Positions 19,564-30,133 of a stretch of DNA of 64,000 bases are shown piece by piece (positions within the stretch are counted from its first letter, which is position 1; every line of letters begins with the position of its first letter). The stretch comes from Fibrobacterales bacterium (GTDB lineage Bacteria; Fibrobacterota; Fibrobacteria; Fibrobacterales; JAOPTW01), in assembly GCA_051532035.1 (NCBI GenBank), contig JAOPTW010000033.1, positions 8,802 through 72,801 of the forward strand, in the 5' to 3' direction. The notes below the pieces were generated by a model. It ran no database searches. It was not told where the DNA came from and saw only the letters and a list, made by a program, of their open reading frames with translations. The translations under genes were made by a program, and so were the position numbers.

Positions 19564-20409
19564 CTACGAAAAGGGGTTCAATATCCTTTGGGTACGTAGT
19601 AGGTGCATGAGTGCGGTAATGGTATATACTCCTATAAAACTAAGGAGTGACAGTGCCAAAGCGTAACAGAAAAAGAGTGTGAGAGGAGCAACGGTCTTTT
19701 GGAAAAAGAGGGCACTCACATTTTGAGAAAACCCAGCAGCAGCCCCAATACTATTGAGAACGAGCAAGGTAATACTGATCGCTAAAAATCCAGAAAACAT
19801 CCCTTTAATATCCGGTGGGCTGAGTTCCATATGACTTGATATACTTATAGAGAGATAGATGAAGAGCCAGGTGGATGGTTCTCTGAATTGAAAGAGTGAT
19901 ATAAGGTGATGGGTCGCAGTGAATAGTGCTGAGTAGAGGGAGTTACAGGCATTTTGTATTGAGGAGAGATCAATTACTGATGGCACAAAGTCATTGAATG
20001 ATGTGTCAAAAAAGGTGAGGGTTAATACCCAGAGCAGTGTAGAGCCAAGTAATAGCGGCCCGATACTGATGAAGAAATTTCCTATAAGGTGATAAGGGTT
20101 GTTAGGGTTGTATTGGTGTTCAATCGATCCAAGTTCAAATGTTTTTGGGTTAAAAAAGCTCGCACTGGTTATGGTATGGCCAAAAGGGATACAAAAAATA
20201 AGGTGCCCAATTTCGTGAACGGGCACTCCTATCATACCAGTGATATACGAGTCAACCTTTTCAAGGCCGCTATTTCTGAGGCAAGCCCTCGTCCAACGAG
20301 AAAGTAAATAGAGCAACAGGCCGAAGCTGAGAAGGGGAACAAATATAAACCCAATATCACGTATGGTATTTAAAACACTTGTTGTAACTATTTCAATTAT
20401 GGTATTCAC
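19564..20409 (-). CDS. Membrane protein with HExxH motif (M50B-like)
   Basis: GVPVHEIGH, ISIGP and LSPPD motifs, several TM helices; coupled to the upstream methyltransferase. Confidence 0.7.
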   Translation of the reverse strand: MNTIIEIVTTSVLNTIRDIGFIFVPLLSFGLLLYLLSRWTRACLRNSGLEKVDSYITGMIGVPVHEIGHLIFCIPFGHTITSASFFNPKTFELGSIEHQYNPNNPYHLIGNFFISIGPLLLGSTLLWVLTLTFFDTSFNDFVPSVIDLSSIQNACNSLYSALFTATHHLISLFQFREPSTWLFIYLSISISSHMELSPPDIKGMFSGFLAISITLLVLNSIGAAAGFSQNVSALFFQKTVAPLTLFFCYALALSLLSFIGVYTITALMHLLRTQRILNPFS

Positions 20410-21197
20410 TATAATTCCGGTTTTGTACAGACAATATGAATATATCGCCCGAGTGATGCAAAGGGTTCTTTACGACAAAAATCCTCTTCCACAGCACAAA
20501 ATGTATCAAGATCTTCGTGGGATACCGGAGCATGGAGGTAGTCGTTAAAGATGCGGATACCGCACTTGCTTTCTATGGTGTATCCCCATTCTGTAAGCCA
20601 AGAATACACTTCGTTTTGGTCGAGCGGGTTGCCCGGAGTGAAGCTTTTAGACTTACCAAATTGGAAAGAGCCGTCATCTCTATAGAAATTGCCCTTGAGG
20701 ACGGTTTTCATTATAGCTGAGTTACGGTTATAGAACATGAGTGAGAGTTGCCCACCAGGGGCAAGAAGGGTTAACAGCTCACTGAGAGTCTCTTTTGGCT
20801 GTTCGAGCCACTCTAATACCGCATGAAAAAGAATCATAGGGTATTGAGGGCCAGAATAGGTAGCGGTATATTCTTGTATAGTGCTATGAATAGGGGTAAT
20901 GCGTGAGCCGTGGGAAACTGCGCTACACTCTTCTTTGGCGAGGGTGAGCATGTCTTGAGATGGCTCAACAAGGTCAATAGAAAAGCCCCGTTCAGCACAG
21001 CGAAGAGCGGTTCTACCAAAGCCTCCTCCTGCATCTAATATTGGGGCCTTTGATGATTTTGTTTTACTCAATAATAAGAGGTTGGTTTGCATGTCATTCC
21101 AGAGTATGTATTGCCGAATATACCCTTTATTTGAGTCATAGATGTTACGCCTAAATTTTTCTGCTTTTCCATCGAAAATGGTATCTTTAGATTGCAT
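20409..21197 (-). CDS. cmoM: SAM-dependent methyltransferase, CmoM/SmtA-like
   Basis: F.RNIY...KG.IR, LDAGGGFG, LFHAVLEW, LSLMFYN and EPFASLGRYIH motifs. Confidence 0.82.
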   Translation of the reverse strand: MQSKDTIFDGKAEKFRRNIYDSNKGYIRQYILWNDMQTNLLLLSKTKSSKAPILDAGGGFGRTALRCAERGFSIDLVEPSQDMLTLAKEECSAVSHGSRITPIHSTIQEYTATYSGPQYPMILFHAVLEWLEQPKETLSELLTLLAPGGQLSLMFYNRNSAIMKTVLKGNFYRDDGSFQFGKSKSFTPGNPLDQNEVYSWLTEWGYTIESKCGIRIFNDYLHAPVSHEDLDTFCAVEEDFCRKEPFASLGRYIHIVCTKPEL

Positions 21198-21325
21198 AAG
21201 AGACACTTTATTATTTTGATTTATGAGTGCTTAAGTATTGATATAGTGTAAATGTACTTTTTTACAATTGAGGTGTCTTTTATTGTGAAGAGTTGTATAA
21301 TTGCACTAAGAACCAAAGACTCAAA

Positions 21326-22933
21326 ATGATAGAGAAAATTAAGCATTTTTTCCGCTGGCTTGCGGAGGTCAAAACAGAGGATCCACTTCAGGCTCCTCGT
21401 GATTCCGCCATTAATGTACTCATAATCTTTTTTTTAGGGGCAACAGTAATCCTTCAGTTCTTGTTGGGTTATGAGGTATTTGTATTAGGTAAAGAGAATC
21501 CCGGTTTTTGGGTCAATATGTTCACTTTATCACTCTATATTCTCTATTTCGTGCTCTACAAAAAAGGATATCGGCGAACATCTTTTACATTAATACTCAT
21601 CTATTTTATTGTAATAATGATTGACTCTGAGTTTACCTATGGCAATCTTTTTAATGCCTTTTTTGCTTATTTAGTTATTGCACTTGCTGGATTGTTTTTT
21701 AATATACGAGTCTCCTTTGGGATACTCTGTCTCTATTTAGGAACTATTGTACTTACAAGACATTTAGAATCAACTGGAAGTATTCCACCTTTTAAAAAGG
21801 TGACTGGGCATGAACTTATATTATGGTCGGCCATGATTGCAAGTGCAATACTCGTGATGATTCAAAGTGGCCTCTATACCCATAATATGCGCATTGCGAT
21901 TCAAAACGAATTGGCTCGTAAAAAAGAGCTTGAACAACAGAGAGAAAATCTGGAAAAAATGGTAATGGAGCGGACAAAACATCTGTTAGAGTCCAATGGT
22001 CAGCTAGAAGAGAGCCGCAATGAGATTGAACGACTGCACGAGCGACTTAAAAATGAATATAAGGAGCAGCATTCTGAGCTTGAAGAGGTAAAGGAGAAGG
22101 CTGGAAAAGTTGATCTCATTAGTGGAATGAATGAGATTACTTCATCAACCCTTCATAATGTCAAAAATATTATTAATAGTATAAATCTATCTATTGAACA
22201 GGCAAAGAAAATTGAAGAAGGTGATGCTGTGCAAGCCCTCTACAAAGCAACTGATATGCTGCGTACAAATATTAACTCTATTGAAGATTTTATCGTACAT
22301 GATTCTCGTGGCAAAAAGCTTATGGAGTACTATCTTGCAATCGAGGAGATGTTTGAGGAAGAGATTGAGTATCATAAACGGAGTGTCGATAATCTTATTA
22401 AAAAGGTTGACTCTATGAATAGCATTATTACCACACAACAAGTCTATTCAGGGGTAAAAGAAAATGATTTGGTTTCTATTGAAGGGGTCGTTGATGATGC
22501 GCTTCAAATATTAGCTACGTCTCTTGAGGCAATAAAAATATCAGTGAATAAACAATTTGGCGCAGTACCAAAAATTGAAATTCATAAAGTAAAACTGGTT
22601 CATGTATTGGTTAATCTCATTAAGAATGCAATTGAAGCAATTTTTGAGGCAGAGGAAGGATTCGGAACTATAACTATTTCAACTGAAAAGATTGATGATT
22701 CTATTGTGCTTAAAATATCTGATAATGGCCCGGGCATATTAGAGAGTGATCAAAGTAACCTTTTTGAATCAGGTTTTTCTACCAAAAGTGATGGCCATGG
22801 ATTTGGACTGAGTTCAAGTAAACGGTATCTTGAAGAGATGGGAGCGCGCATTAGTGTTGAAAGTACGCCTCAATTAGGTACAACGTTTCGTATCTTTTTT
22901 TCACCAACTATTTCAGATGAATTAGTTGGGTAG
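21326..22933 (+). CDS. Membrane sensor histidine kinase
   Basis: About 6 TM helices, coiled coil, H-box TLHNVKN; NLIKNA, DNGPG, GFSTK and GHGFGL boxes. Confidence 0.92.
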   Translation: MIEKIKHFFRWLAEVKTEDPLQAPRDSAINVLIIFFLGATVILQFLLGYEVFVLGKENPGFWVNMFTLSLYILYFVLYKKGYRRTSFTLILIYFIVIMIDSEFTYGNLFNAFFAYLVIALAGLFFNIRVSFGILCLYLGTIVLTRHLESTGSIPPFKKVTGHELILWSAMIASAILVMIQSGLYTHNMRIAIQNELARKKELEQQRENLEKMVMERTKHLLESNGQLEESRNEIERLHERLKNEYKEQHSELEEVKEKAGKVDLISGMNEITSSTLHNVKNIINSINLSIEQAKKIEEGDAVQALYKATDMLRTNINSIEDFIVHDSRGKKLMEYYLAIEEMFEEEIEYHKRSVDNLIKKVDSMNSIITTQQVYSGVKENDLVSIEGVVDDALQILATSLEAIKISVNKQFGAVPKIEIHKVKLVHVLVNLIKNAIEAIFEAEEGFGTITISTEKIDDSIVLKISDNGPGILESDQSNLFESGFSTKSDGHGFGLSSSKRYLEEMGARISVESTPQLGTTFRIFFSPTISDELVG

Positions 22934-22948
22934 ATGGTGCCCTCATTA

Positions 22949-23395
22949 TCAATCAGATTGTTTTTTTAAGAGTGCCGCGTAGGCGGTATTTGTTGTTCTT
23001 AAGCGTCGGCTAATATTGCGGGCACAGTTCATGATCATCATTAAATAGGTATCGACAGAAGACTGTTTTACAGAAATGATGTCTTTGTTGCAGAGTGAGA
23101 CAGTAGTGACGTCGGTATCTGTAGTAATAGTAGCAGATCGAGGCATGATATCGATAAGATGCATTTCACCAAAACTTTCACCTTCATGAAGCACAGCAAT
23201 TTTCTCGCCATCGACATATACTGAGACAGAGCCCTCAATAATCATATAGACCCGTTCACTTCTGTCGCCCTGGGTGACAATGTCGTGCCCTAGATGAAAA
23301 GTCTCTTCGGTAAGAACATTGTGAATGATCTCCATTTGGTCGACTCTGAGGCCTCCAAAGAGTGAGTAATTTTTTAGGTTGGTAACATCAATCAT
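22949..23395 (-). CDS. Stand-alone cyclic-nucleotide-binding domain protein
   Basis: QGD...VYMIIEGSV, FGEM and PRSAT motifs; no HTH. Confidence 0.88.
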   Translation of the reverse strand: MIDVTNLKNYSLFGGLRVDQMEIIHNVLTEETFHLGHDIVTQGDRSERVYMIIEGSVSVYVDGEKIAVLHEGESFGEMHLIDIMPRSATITTDTDVTTVSLCNKDIISVKQSSVDTYLMMIMNCARNISRRLRTTNTAYAALLKKQSD

Positions 23396-23491
23396 CGAAA
23401 TCTTTCCCGTTAAGCTATTCCTTTTAAAAGAATATACTAATTCCAACGAGTCACATTTAGAAAAAAGTAAGGGTGATATGATCAGTGGCGG

Positions 23492-24133
23492 TTATAAAAA
23501 TTCAATGATATCTGAAGGCTTACACGCAAACTTAGTGCAGCCTGCAGATTTGAGTTCATCAAGAGTGCCATAGCCCCAGGTGACTCCAATGGGTACGACG
23601 CCATTTTCTATAGCTCCGGTAATATCGTGGCTTCGGTCTCCGACCATTACTGTTTCTAAGGGGTCAATGCTCTCTTTTCGAAGGATGTGGGCAAGGAGCT
23701 CGGTTTTGTTACTCAGACTGTTGTCGAGGTTACTTCCATAGACGTTGTTGAAATAGATGGTACAGTCAAAATGTTCAATAATTTGTCTTGCGAATACCTG
23801 TGGTTTAGAGGTTGCAATATAAAGTGCACCGGTGCCATTCAGGCGCATGAGTAGACTAAGAATACCATCGTAGAGTTTATTTTCGAATTTACCTACATCG
23901 GCAAATCGCTCTCGGTAGGCGGTAATACAGCGTTCAATTTCGACACTATCTTTTGTTGCAAGTAATGTCTCAAAGATTACAGGGAGTGGGGGGCCAATGA
24001 GTTCTTTAAGAGTTGCTGTATCGGGTATCGGGTGTTCGCATTTTTCAAGTGCGTGCTTAAGGCACTTGATGATTCCCTCTTGAGAATCAGTTATGGTGCC
24101 GTCGAGATCAAAGAGAATATTTTTAATAGCCAT
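23492..24133 (-). CDS. HAD family phosphatase
   Basis: FDLDGT, GPPL, ATSKP, MVGDR..DI and WGYG motifs. Confidence 0.93.
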   Translation of the reverse strand: MAIKNILFDLDGTITDSQEGIIKCLKHALEKCEHPIPDTATLKELIGPPLPVIFETLLATKDSVEIERCITAYRERFADVGKFENKLYDGILSLLMRLNGTGALYIATSKPQVFARQIIEHFDCTIYFNNVYGSNLDNSLSNKTELLAHILRKESIDPLETVMVGDRSHDITGAIENGVVPIGVTWGYGTLDELKSAGCTKFACKPSDIIEFL

Positions 24134-24243
24134 AGATGCCTGCTAGTAGAGAATAAAACATGTATAGAATGAAATGTAATATATAATGAATAGTAAAAAC
24201 CACCTTGTTAGAGGATTTTTGCCAAGATGGTACGTGATCATTG

Positions 24244-26874
24244 CTATGGGTATGCTTCTAAGAGAAGACCTTTAATGGTTTGATAATCTGTTTTACCAGT
24301 GCCCAAGACAGGAATAAATTCGACAACAAGCACCTTTTTAATATTGTAGAGTGTCGGGAGGCCTTCACTTCTAAGAAGATCATTAATATACTCACGAGCA
24401 AGGTCCTCTGTGGTTAGCAATACAATCTCTTGATATTCATCGGGGCCGATAACATCAATTGCTATCGCAGGGCCCTCATCGGTTCCTGGGTAGTGTTGTT
24501 GAAGTGCCGCTTCAATTGCAGGAAGTGAGACCATTTCACCAGCGAGTTTAATAAATCGTTTGAGTCGCCCCTTAAAAGTAAGGAGACCATCGGAGCCTTC
24601 TGATACGAGATCACCAGTATTATAATAGATCTCGCCTTTATACTCAATAAAAGGGGATACACCGTCAAAGTTAAGGTACCCATTAAAAATACTGGTACCT
24701 TTTACAATGAGAAGACCTTCCTGACCTGGGGCAACTTCTACATGGGTTTCATGGTGAATAATATGGTAGGTGAGAGAAGGCATAACATACCCAATTGAGC
24801 CGGGTACTGATGCTTCTACTTTATTAGCACTGACTACAGGTGAGCACTCGGTGATACCATAGCCTTCGATTATTACGGCTTTGGGGCAAAGTTCACTAAA
24901 TTTTTCGTAGACATAGTCTGGGCATTTTTCGGCACCAACAACAGCAAGGCGCGTTGTTTTAAGCCCTTCGTCTGTTGTAGACCGAAGAATCCCATTGAGA
25001 AATGTAGGGGTGCCAAAAAGAACTGTTGGCTTATACGCTTGGATGATGGTTGCAAGAAGGGCCCCTTCTGTGGGGTTTGCATGGTAAACCGTCTTCATGT
25101 TGGTCACGAGAGGCAGCACGACCCCTATAGCGATTCCAAATGAATGGAATGGAGGGAGCATACTCAATAGGGAGTCATCTTTGCGTAGGTCGATAATTTT
25201 GGTGTAATCTCGGTAGTTAGCAATTAGGTTTGCATGGGTAAGGGGGACGGCTTTGGGTTTTGACTCTGAACCACTAGTAAAGAGTACAACAGCGGTATCA
25301 TTTTCAGTGGGTGTAAAAAAGGATTTTAAGTTGAATCGTGCATTAATAAGAGCTGATATTTTTTGAACAATCCCAACCTTACTGATGAGGTCCTCGAGTA
25401 TAAACCATTCACAGGAGAGTTGTTCTTGCTTAAACCCTTGGGTTTTTATTTTGTCGAGGAGCTTTTTAGCGGTGATAATCGTGCGGGTGTCGGTGTTCAA
25501 AAGACCGTGTTGAATATTGACCTCTCCAGAGGTCCAATTTATCATAATAGGGACTTTGCCAGCGGCAAGTACTGCGAAATAGAGTACAGTGGCAGTAACT
25601 GATGCAGGGAGCATTATGGCGACTTGTTTTTCTGGAATTGCTTCTATAAATGGTTTTAAAACCATCATTGAAACAAGAATGTCATTATAGGTTCTATTGC
25701 CACTGGTTTGATCGGCAATGATCACTTTCTTAGGATTACGCTTTGCTTGTGCGAGAAAGAGCTCAAGGATTGTAGAGCCGGCGAGTGGTTCAATTCTACC
25801 GGTTGGCATGGTCTCAAACCATTGTTTATGAATGAGGTTTCTATTAATTGCAGTACTATCGAGTGAGACTCCTGTTGCTGCGAGTACGAGCGAACCAACA
25901 CTCTGCAAACTCTCAATAGAACTAATAGAGGTTGTATACTCTGATTCGAGCCAGGTAACCAGTTCGACCATACCGAGGCTATCGATACCGAGATCTTTAT
26001 TAAGTGAATGGTTGATAGTAACTTTGGAGCGGCCAGTCATATCTTTGACTTTATCTATGATAGCATTTTTAATAGTGTCGGGGATATTGTCGAGATCTGT
26101 CGACTGAACACTATTTTTGGGTTCCGGCTTAACTACAGCGTGATACCCTTGCCACCAAAAGTAGGGTTTATAGGTGTTGGGAACAATACGCTTGTTGTAG
26201 AATTTGGAAAGGTAGGCGTAGATAGCAGTGCGCCCTTTGTCGAGAGGTATGTCATCAGGCTGTTCAAAGGTGATGGATACTGAACGTTTGGGCATGAAAA
26301 ACCCAAGATTGCAGATAATGGCTAAGAGGTTGCGCTTCCAATAGGTGAAAAGGCCTGGAGGGTGCCCCCCTGCCCAACTGAAACTACTCCCCCAGAGACC
26401 GTCTGTTTTTACCAGTACAATATTAACATCAGGAACTTCTGCAAGAATACGTGAAAGGCTACTTTTGCCACTTAAGTCTTCATGAGTACTTCGGTAGAGC
26501 TGACCTGAAGGGTAAAGGAGAACATTTTCACCTTCTTTCAGGCAGGTGTTTACTCGGTTCATGCTCTCTATAACCGAATCTCTGACACTTATCCCGCTCT
26601 TTTTTATGTCGGGAATAGGAATGAGATTAAACTCTTTAATGATGTTTCCCACGATAGGAATATCAATTTGACTCTCATCGGCAAGAGCATGTGGTTTAAA
26701 TTTTTTGAAAAGTATCGATTGCATCAAGACTGGGTCGATCAGAGCTGGGTGATTGGGGAGAAAGAGAAACCCTTTATCACTTTTTTTGGTCAGGGTGTCG
26801 AGACCCGATAAAGTGACTCTGTATCGGAGGCGTAAAACAGTGTTCGTTACGAAATAGAGAAGAGAAGCGATCAT
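24244..26874 (-). CDS. Aas-like acyltransferase / carrier protein / AMP-dependent ligase fusion
   Basis: NHPALID and LYPSG (PlsC); DLGIDSL (ppant Ser); FTSGSESKPK, EGYGITE, YNTGD, GRLKRF and GTGKTDY. Likely start is ATG 26874. Confidence 0.9.
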   Translation of the reverse strand: MIASLLYFVTNTVLRLRYRVTLSGLDTLTKKSDKGFLFLPNHPALIDPVLMQSILFKKFKPHALADESQIDIPIVGNIIKEFNLIPIPDIKKSGISVRDSVIESMNRVNTCLKEGENVLLYPSGQLYRSTHEDLSGKSSLSRILAEVPDVNIVLVKTDGLWGSSFSWAGGHPPGLFTYWKRNLLAIICNLGFFMPKRSVSITFEQPDDIPLDKGRTAIYAYLSKFYNKRIVPNTYKPYFWWQGYHAVVKPEPKNSVQSTDLDNIPDTIKNAIIDKVKDMTGRSKVTINHSLNKDLGIDSLGMVELVTWLESEYTTSISSIESLQSVGSLVLAATGVSLDSTAINRNLIHKQWFETMPTGRIEPLAGSTILELFLAQAKRNPKKVIIADQTSGNRTYNDILVSMMVLKPFIEAIPEKQVAIMLPASVTATVLYFAVLAAGKVPIMINWTSGEVNIQHGLLNTDTRTIITAKKLLDKIKTQGFKQEQLSCEWFILEDLISKVGIVQKISALINARFNLKSFFTPTENDTAVVLFTSGSESKPKAVPLTHANLIANYRDYTKIIDLRKDDSLLSMLPPFHSFGIAIGVVLPLVTNMKTVYHANPTEGALLATIIQAYKPTVLFGTPTFLNGILRSTTDEGLKTTRLAVVGAEKCPDYVYEKFSELCPKAVIIEGYGITECSPVVSANKVEASVPGSIGYVMPSLTYHIIHHETHVEVAPGQEGLLIVKGTSIFNGYLNFDGVSPFIEYKGEIYYNTGDLVSEGSDGLLTFKGRLKRFIKLAGEMVSLPAIEAALQQHYPGTDEGPAIAIDVIGPDEYQEIVLLTTEDLAREYINDLLRSEGLPTLYNIKKVLVVEFIPVLGTGKTDYQTIKGLLLEAYP

Positions 26875-26964
26875 ACGATAAATCCATGGTATTTTGATGA
26901 AATATACAATAAAATTGAAGAAGAGAGGGAGGTATGCTGCTTCCTTATTTAGGGTGGATAGACT

Positions 26965-28530
26965 ATGAAACGAGAAATTATGCTTCAGCAATTGCGCGAG
27001 CAATGTAAAACCCCTTTTGATGTTATTGTTATTGGGGGTGGAGCCAGTGGGTTGGGTACGGCCGTTGATGCTGCGAGTAGAGGATATAATACCCTTGTAA
27101 TTGAGCAAAGCGACTTTGCTAAGGGTACTTCGAGTCGTTCAACAAAACTGGTACACGGTGGTGTGCGCTATTTAGCTCAAGGTGATATTTCTCTGGTTCT
27201 CGAAGCGCTTCGCGAGCGTGGTATTCTTCTTAAAAACGCCCCCCATTTAGTGACCGATCAATCGTTTATCATACCCAACTACACCTGGTGGGATGGTCCC
27301 TTTTATACCGTTGGCATGAAGGTATACGATACTATGGCAGGTAAATTGGGCCTGGGCCCTTCAGTTCATGTTTCTAAAGAAAAAGTGCTTGAGCATATCC
27401 CCAACTTAAAAGAAGAAGGACTTCAGGGCGGGGTGCGATACTATGACGGTCAATTTGATGATGCACGCCTTGCAGTAAACCTTGCTCAAACTGCAGTAGA
27501 CTATGGAGCACTTGCACTCAATTATATGAAAGTGGTTGAGTTGACTAAAGATGAGATGGGAATGGTGATAGGGGTTGTGTTAGAAGATACTCTTACGGGT
27601 GATCAGCATAGTGTGCTGGCCCGCTCGGTAGTCAATGCAACGGGAGTATTTGCTGATACCATTTTACAGATGGATGACCCTACTGCAAAAACTACAATAA
27701 AACCATCCCAAGGAGTGCACGTGGTACTGGATCGCTCTTTTCTAAAAGGGAGTGATGCTATAATGATTCCAAAAACCAGTGATGGTCGAGTGCTGTTTGC
27801 GGTGCCATGGAAAAATCGTGTGGTTGTTGGAACCACAGATACTGAGCTCGATACCATTTCATTAGAACCAAGGGCTCTCGAGGAAGAGGTCTCGTTTATT
27901 CTCGACACTGCCGCAGAGTATTTGGTTAAAGCACCCAATCGCTCAGATGTACTCAGTGTTTTTGCTGGTCTTCGACCGCTTGCTGCGCCCGAAGAGGATG
28001 GTGGGGCGACAAAAGAAATATCACGAGGGCACAAAATTTTTGTTTCTCTCTCTGGATTAGTTTCGGTAACGGGAGGCAAGTGGACAACCTATCGCAAAAT
28101 GGCTCAAGATGCTGTGGATAAAGCGGTGCTTGTTGGTGGCCTTCATGAGAAGCCGTGTCTTACCGAGAGTTTAAGCATTCATGGATATCGGCAGCAGTTT
28201 GATACGGCTGACCCTCTTTCAATGTATGGGTCTGATGCTGTGGGTATTAAAGAGTTGATTGCAGAAAATCCGGGACTGGGGGTGCCACTTATTGACTCAT
28301 TTGATTTTTGTGCAGCAGAAGTTATTTGGATATGCAGGCATGAAATGGTGTGTAGGGTCGAGGACCTTCTTGCGCGTAGGTTCAGAGCGCTCCTTCTTGA
28401 TGCTCGGGCAAGTATTGAACTTGCAGAAAGGGTAGCTCCTATTATGGCAGAGGAGCTTGGCTATGATCGTACATGGATAGATACAGAGTTAGAGGACTAT
28501 AAGCAATTAGTCAGCGGGTATCTATTATAA
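26965..28530 (+). CDS. glpD: FAD-dependent glycerol-3-phosphate dehydrogenase
   Basis: GGGASG, GTSSRSTKLVHGGVRYL, DGQFDDAR and GGKWTTYR motifs. Confidence 0.95.
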   Translation: MKREIMLQQLREQCKTPFDVIVIGGGASGLGTAVDAASRGYNTLVIEQSDFAKGTSSRSTKLVHGGVRYLAQGDISLVLEALRERGILLKNAPHLVTDQSFIIPNYTWWDGPFYTVGMKVYDTMAGKLGLGPSVHVSKEKVLEHIPNLKEEGLQGGVRYYDGQFDDARLAVNLAQTAVDYGALALNYMKVVELTKDEMGMVIGVVLEDTLTGDQHSVLARSVVNATGVFADTILQMDDPTAKTTIKPSQGVHVVLDRSFLKGSDAIMIPKTSDGRVLFAVPWKNRVVVGTTDTELDTISLEPRALEEEVSFILDTAAEYLVKAPNRSDVLSVFAGLRPLAAPEEDGGATKEISRGHKIFVSLSGLVSVTGGKWTTYRKMAQDAVDKAVLVGGLHEKPCLTESLSIHGYRQQFDTADPLSMYGSDAVGIKELIAENPGLGVPLIDSFDFCAAEVIWICRHEMVCRVEDLLARRFRALLLDARASIELAERVAPIMAEELGYDRTWIDTELEDYKQLVSGYLL

Positions 28531-28542
28531 CTCGTTAGCCTT

Positions 28543-28764
28543 TCATGAGCCTTTGCGTAGGGTTATTACTTTCATGACAGTGAGTCGTATTAAAAGTATC
28601 CAGGGTACTCCATGAAAAAGTACATCAAACCAATCTATGGCTTGTAATTGTTGAGAACTATCAATAAGCCATCGAAGCTTTTCTACAAGATGGGGCTCAG
28701 GCAAAAAAGGTGCGAGCCCAAGGGTTGCACAAAGAAGCATTACAAAAGGCCATTGATTATGCAT
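28543..28764 (-). CDS. Small two-TM membrane protein
   Basis: TLGLAPF.PEPH..EKL.W and DWFD..FHG.P motifs; 3 nt downstream of the desaturase gene. Confidence 0.8.
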   Translation of the reverse strand: MHNQWPFVMLLCATLGLAPFLPEPHLVEKLRWLIDSSQQLQAIDWFDVLFHGVPWILLIRLTVMKVITLRKGS

Positions 28765-28767
28765 AGG

Positions 28768-29640
28768 TTAGCTCCGTTTAAAAGGGTGCAGTGATTGGGC
28801 GATAAAGGTACTTGGCATATCAGAATCACCTGGGTAGCCAAGCTCAATGTCTCTTCCATCGGAAGGTTGATAGACGGTGCGAAAAAGATAGTCCCAAATA
28901 CTGAGGGTAATGCCAAAGTTTGCTCCAAAGCGGTAAGGTTGGGGCAGTTTTTTTGAGTGATGCCAGATATGCATTTTTGGGTTGTTGAATAGGTATTTAA
29001 GCGGTCCATAATCCCAACCAACATTGGCGTGGTTAAGGTGCCCAATAGCAACGGTTGCAATATGTACCATAAAGAAGTCATCAATGCCAAAGCCCAAGAG
29101 TGACACGGGAATAAATCGAATGACTTTGTAGAAAATGTTTTCCATCCAGTGATACCGAAGGTGGGCGGCAAAGCCCATTTCTTTGACGGAGTGGTGTACT
29201 GCATGAAACCGCCATAAGAAATTTGACCGGTGGAGGAGCTGATGGGTGCCCCAAGAGATGAGGTCGACGAGTAGAAATAGAATGCCCATTTGGACCCAGC
29301 TTGGGAGTGAGTGAAGAGGGATTAGTTGGAGGGATTCAATTCCGATTGATTGAAGTATATCATGAAAGAGTGCGACGCCTAGGTGTGAGAGGGCGTTATA
29401 AACAATGAGTGAAAAGAGGAAAAAGTTGAAAAACATATAGAACCCATCGAGCCAAAAATCACGTCGAAACAGTGGTTGCCTTTTGCGCCAGGGGAGTATA
29501 ATTTCTAGGGACCATACAATGAGGGATAAACCAATGAGCCAGTAAAAATAGTTGTGTAGCGATGGGTGGGTCATCTCTTTGAACAGAAACGAAGCGTAAT
29601 TCCTATACGCTGATTCTATGATTGAAACGTATCGATCCAT
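28768..29640 (-). CDS. Sterol desaturase / fatty acid hydroxylase family protein
   Basis: His boxes HQLLH, HAVHH, HLNHAN and HIWHH; NFG...IWD..F.T motif. Confidence 0.92.
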   Translation of the reverse strand: MDRYVSIIESAYRNYASFLFKEMTHPSLHNYFYWLIGLSLIVWSLEIILPWRKRQPLFRRDFWLDGFYMFFNFFLFSLIVYNALSHLGVALFHDILQSIGIESLQLIPLHSLPSWVQMGILFLLVDLISWGTHQLLHRSNFLWRFHAVHHSVKEMGFAAHLRYHWMENIFYKVIRFIPVSLLGFGIDDFFMVHIATVAIGHLNHANVGWDYGPLKYLFNNPKMHIWHHSKKLPQPYRFGANFGITLSIWDYLFRTVYQPSDGRDIELGYPGDSDMPSTFIAQSLHPFKRS

Positions 29641-29698
29641 GTACTACTCGTAGTTTTCGCCGATGCGGCTATATATGTTGTGGGATTAATAGCTAGGG

Positions 29699-30133
29699 TC
29701 ATTGTATAATAACCTCCTCCAAACGCACATCAATAATGAGGGTGGCATTGGGGCCTATTTTTTTACCGGCACCCCGTTTACCCCAGGCGAGGTCAGGGGG
29801 AATGATACATTTAAATCGTGACCCCTCAGGCATCATAAGAAGGCCTTCGCGGTATCCCTCAATAGCTTCGGATAAGGGGAATGTAGTGGGTTTATCTTTA
29901 TAGGTATCGGCAACAATGGTTCCATCAACCAGTGAGATTCGTTGATTAACAGTCACAGAATCGGACTCTTCTGGGCAAATACCCTCTTTCATATCTATTA
30001 CAGAATAGAGCATTCCTGAGGGAGTCTCTTGGTAGTCGGCGTGATTACGCATTTTCTCAAAATAGGCATCACTATTTTTGCGATTTTGCCCTTGAGATCC
30101 TTTGCCTTTTGGTTTTGTTTTTCCACGTGCCAT
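29699..30133 (-). CDS. FKBP-type peptidyl-prolyl isomerase (divergent)
   Basis: TPSGMLY, IEG..EGLLMM and IPPDLAWGKRG..IGPNATLIIDV motifs. Confidence 0.88.
   Translation of the reverse strand: MARGKTKPKGKGSQGQNRKNSDAYFEKMRNHADYQETPSGMLYSVIDMKEGICPEESDSVTVNQRISLVDGTIVADTYKDKPTTFPLSEAIEGYREGLLMMPEGSRFKCIIPPDLAWGKRGAGKKIGPNATLIIDVRLEEVIIQ

Noticed and set aside
26875..27108. N-terminal extension of the 954 aa ORF overlapping glpD
   Set aside because: Start over-call; homology begins at ATG 26874. The same applies to extended starts for lpxH, aroA, manB, the LPP20-like gene and the bEBP.
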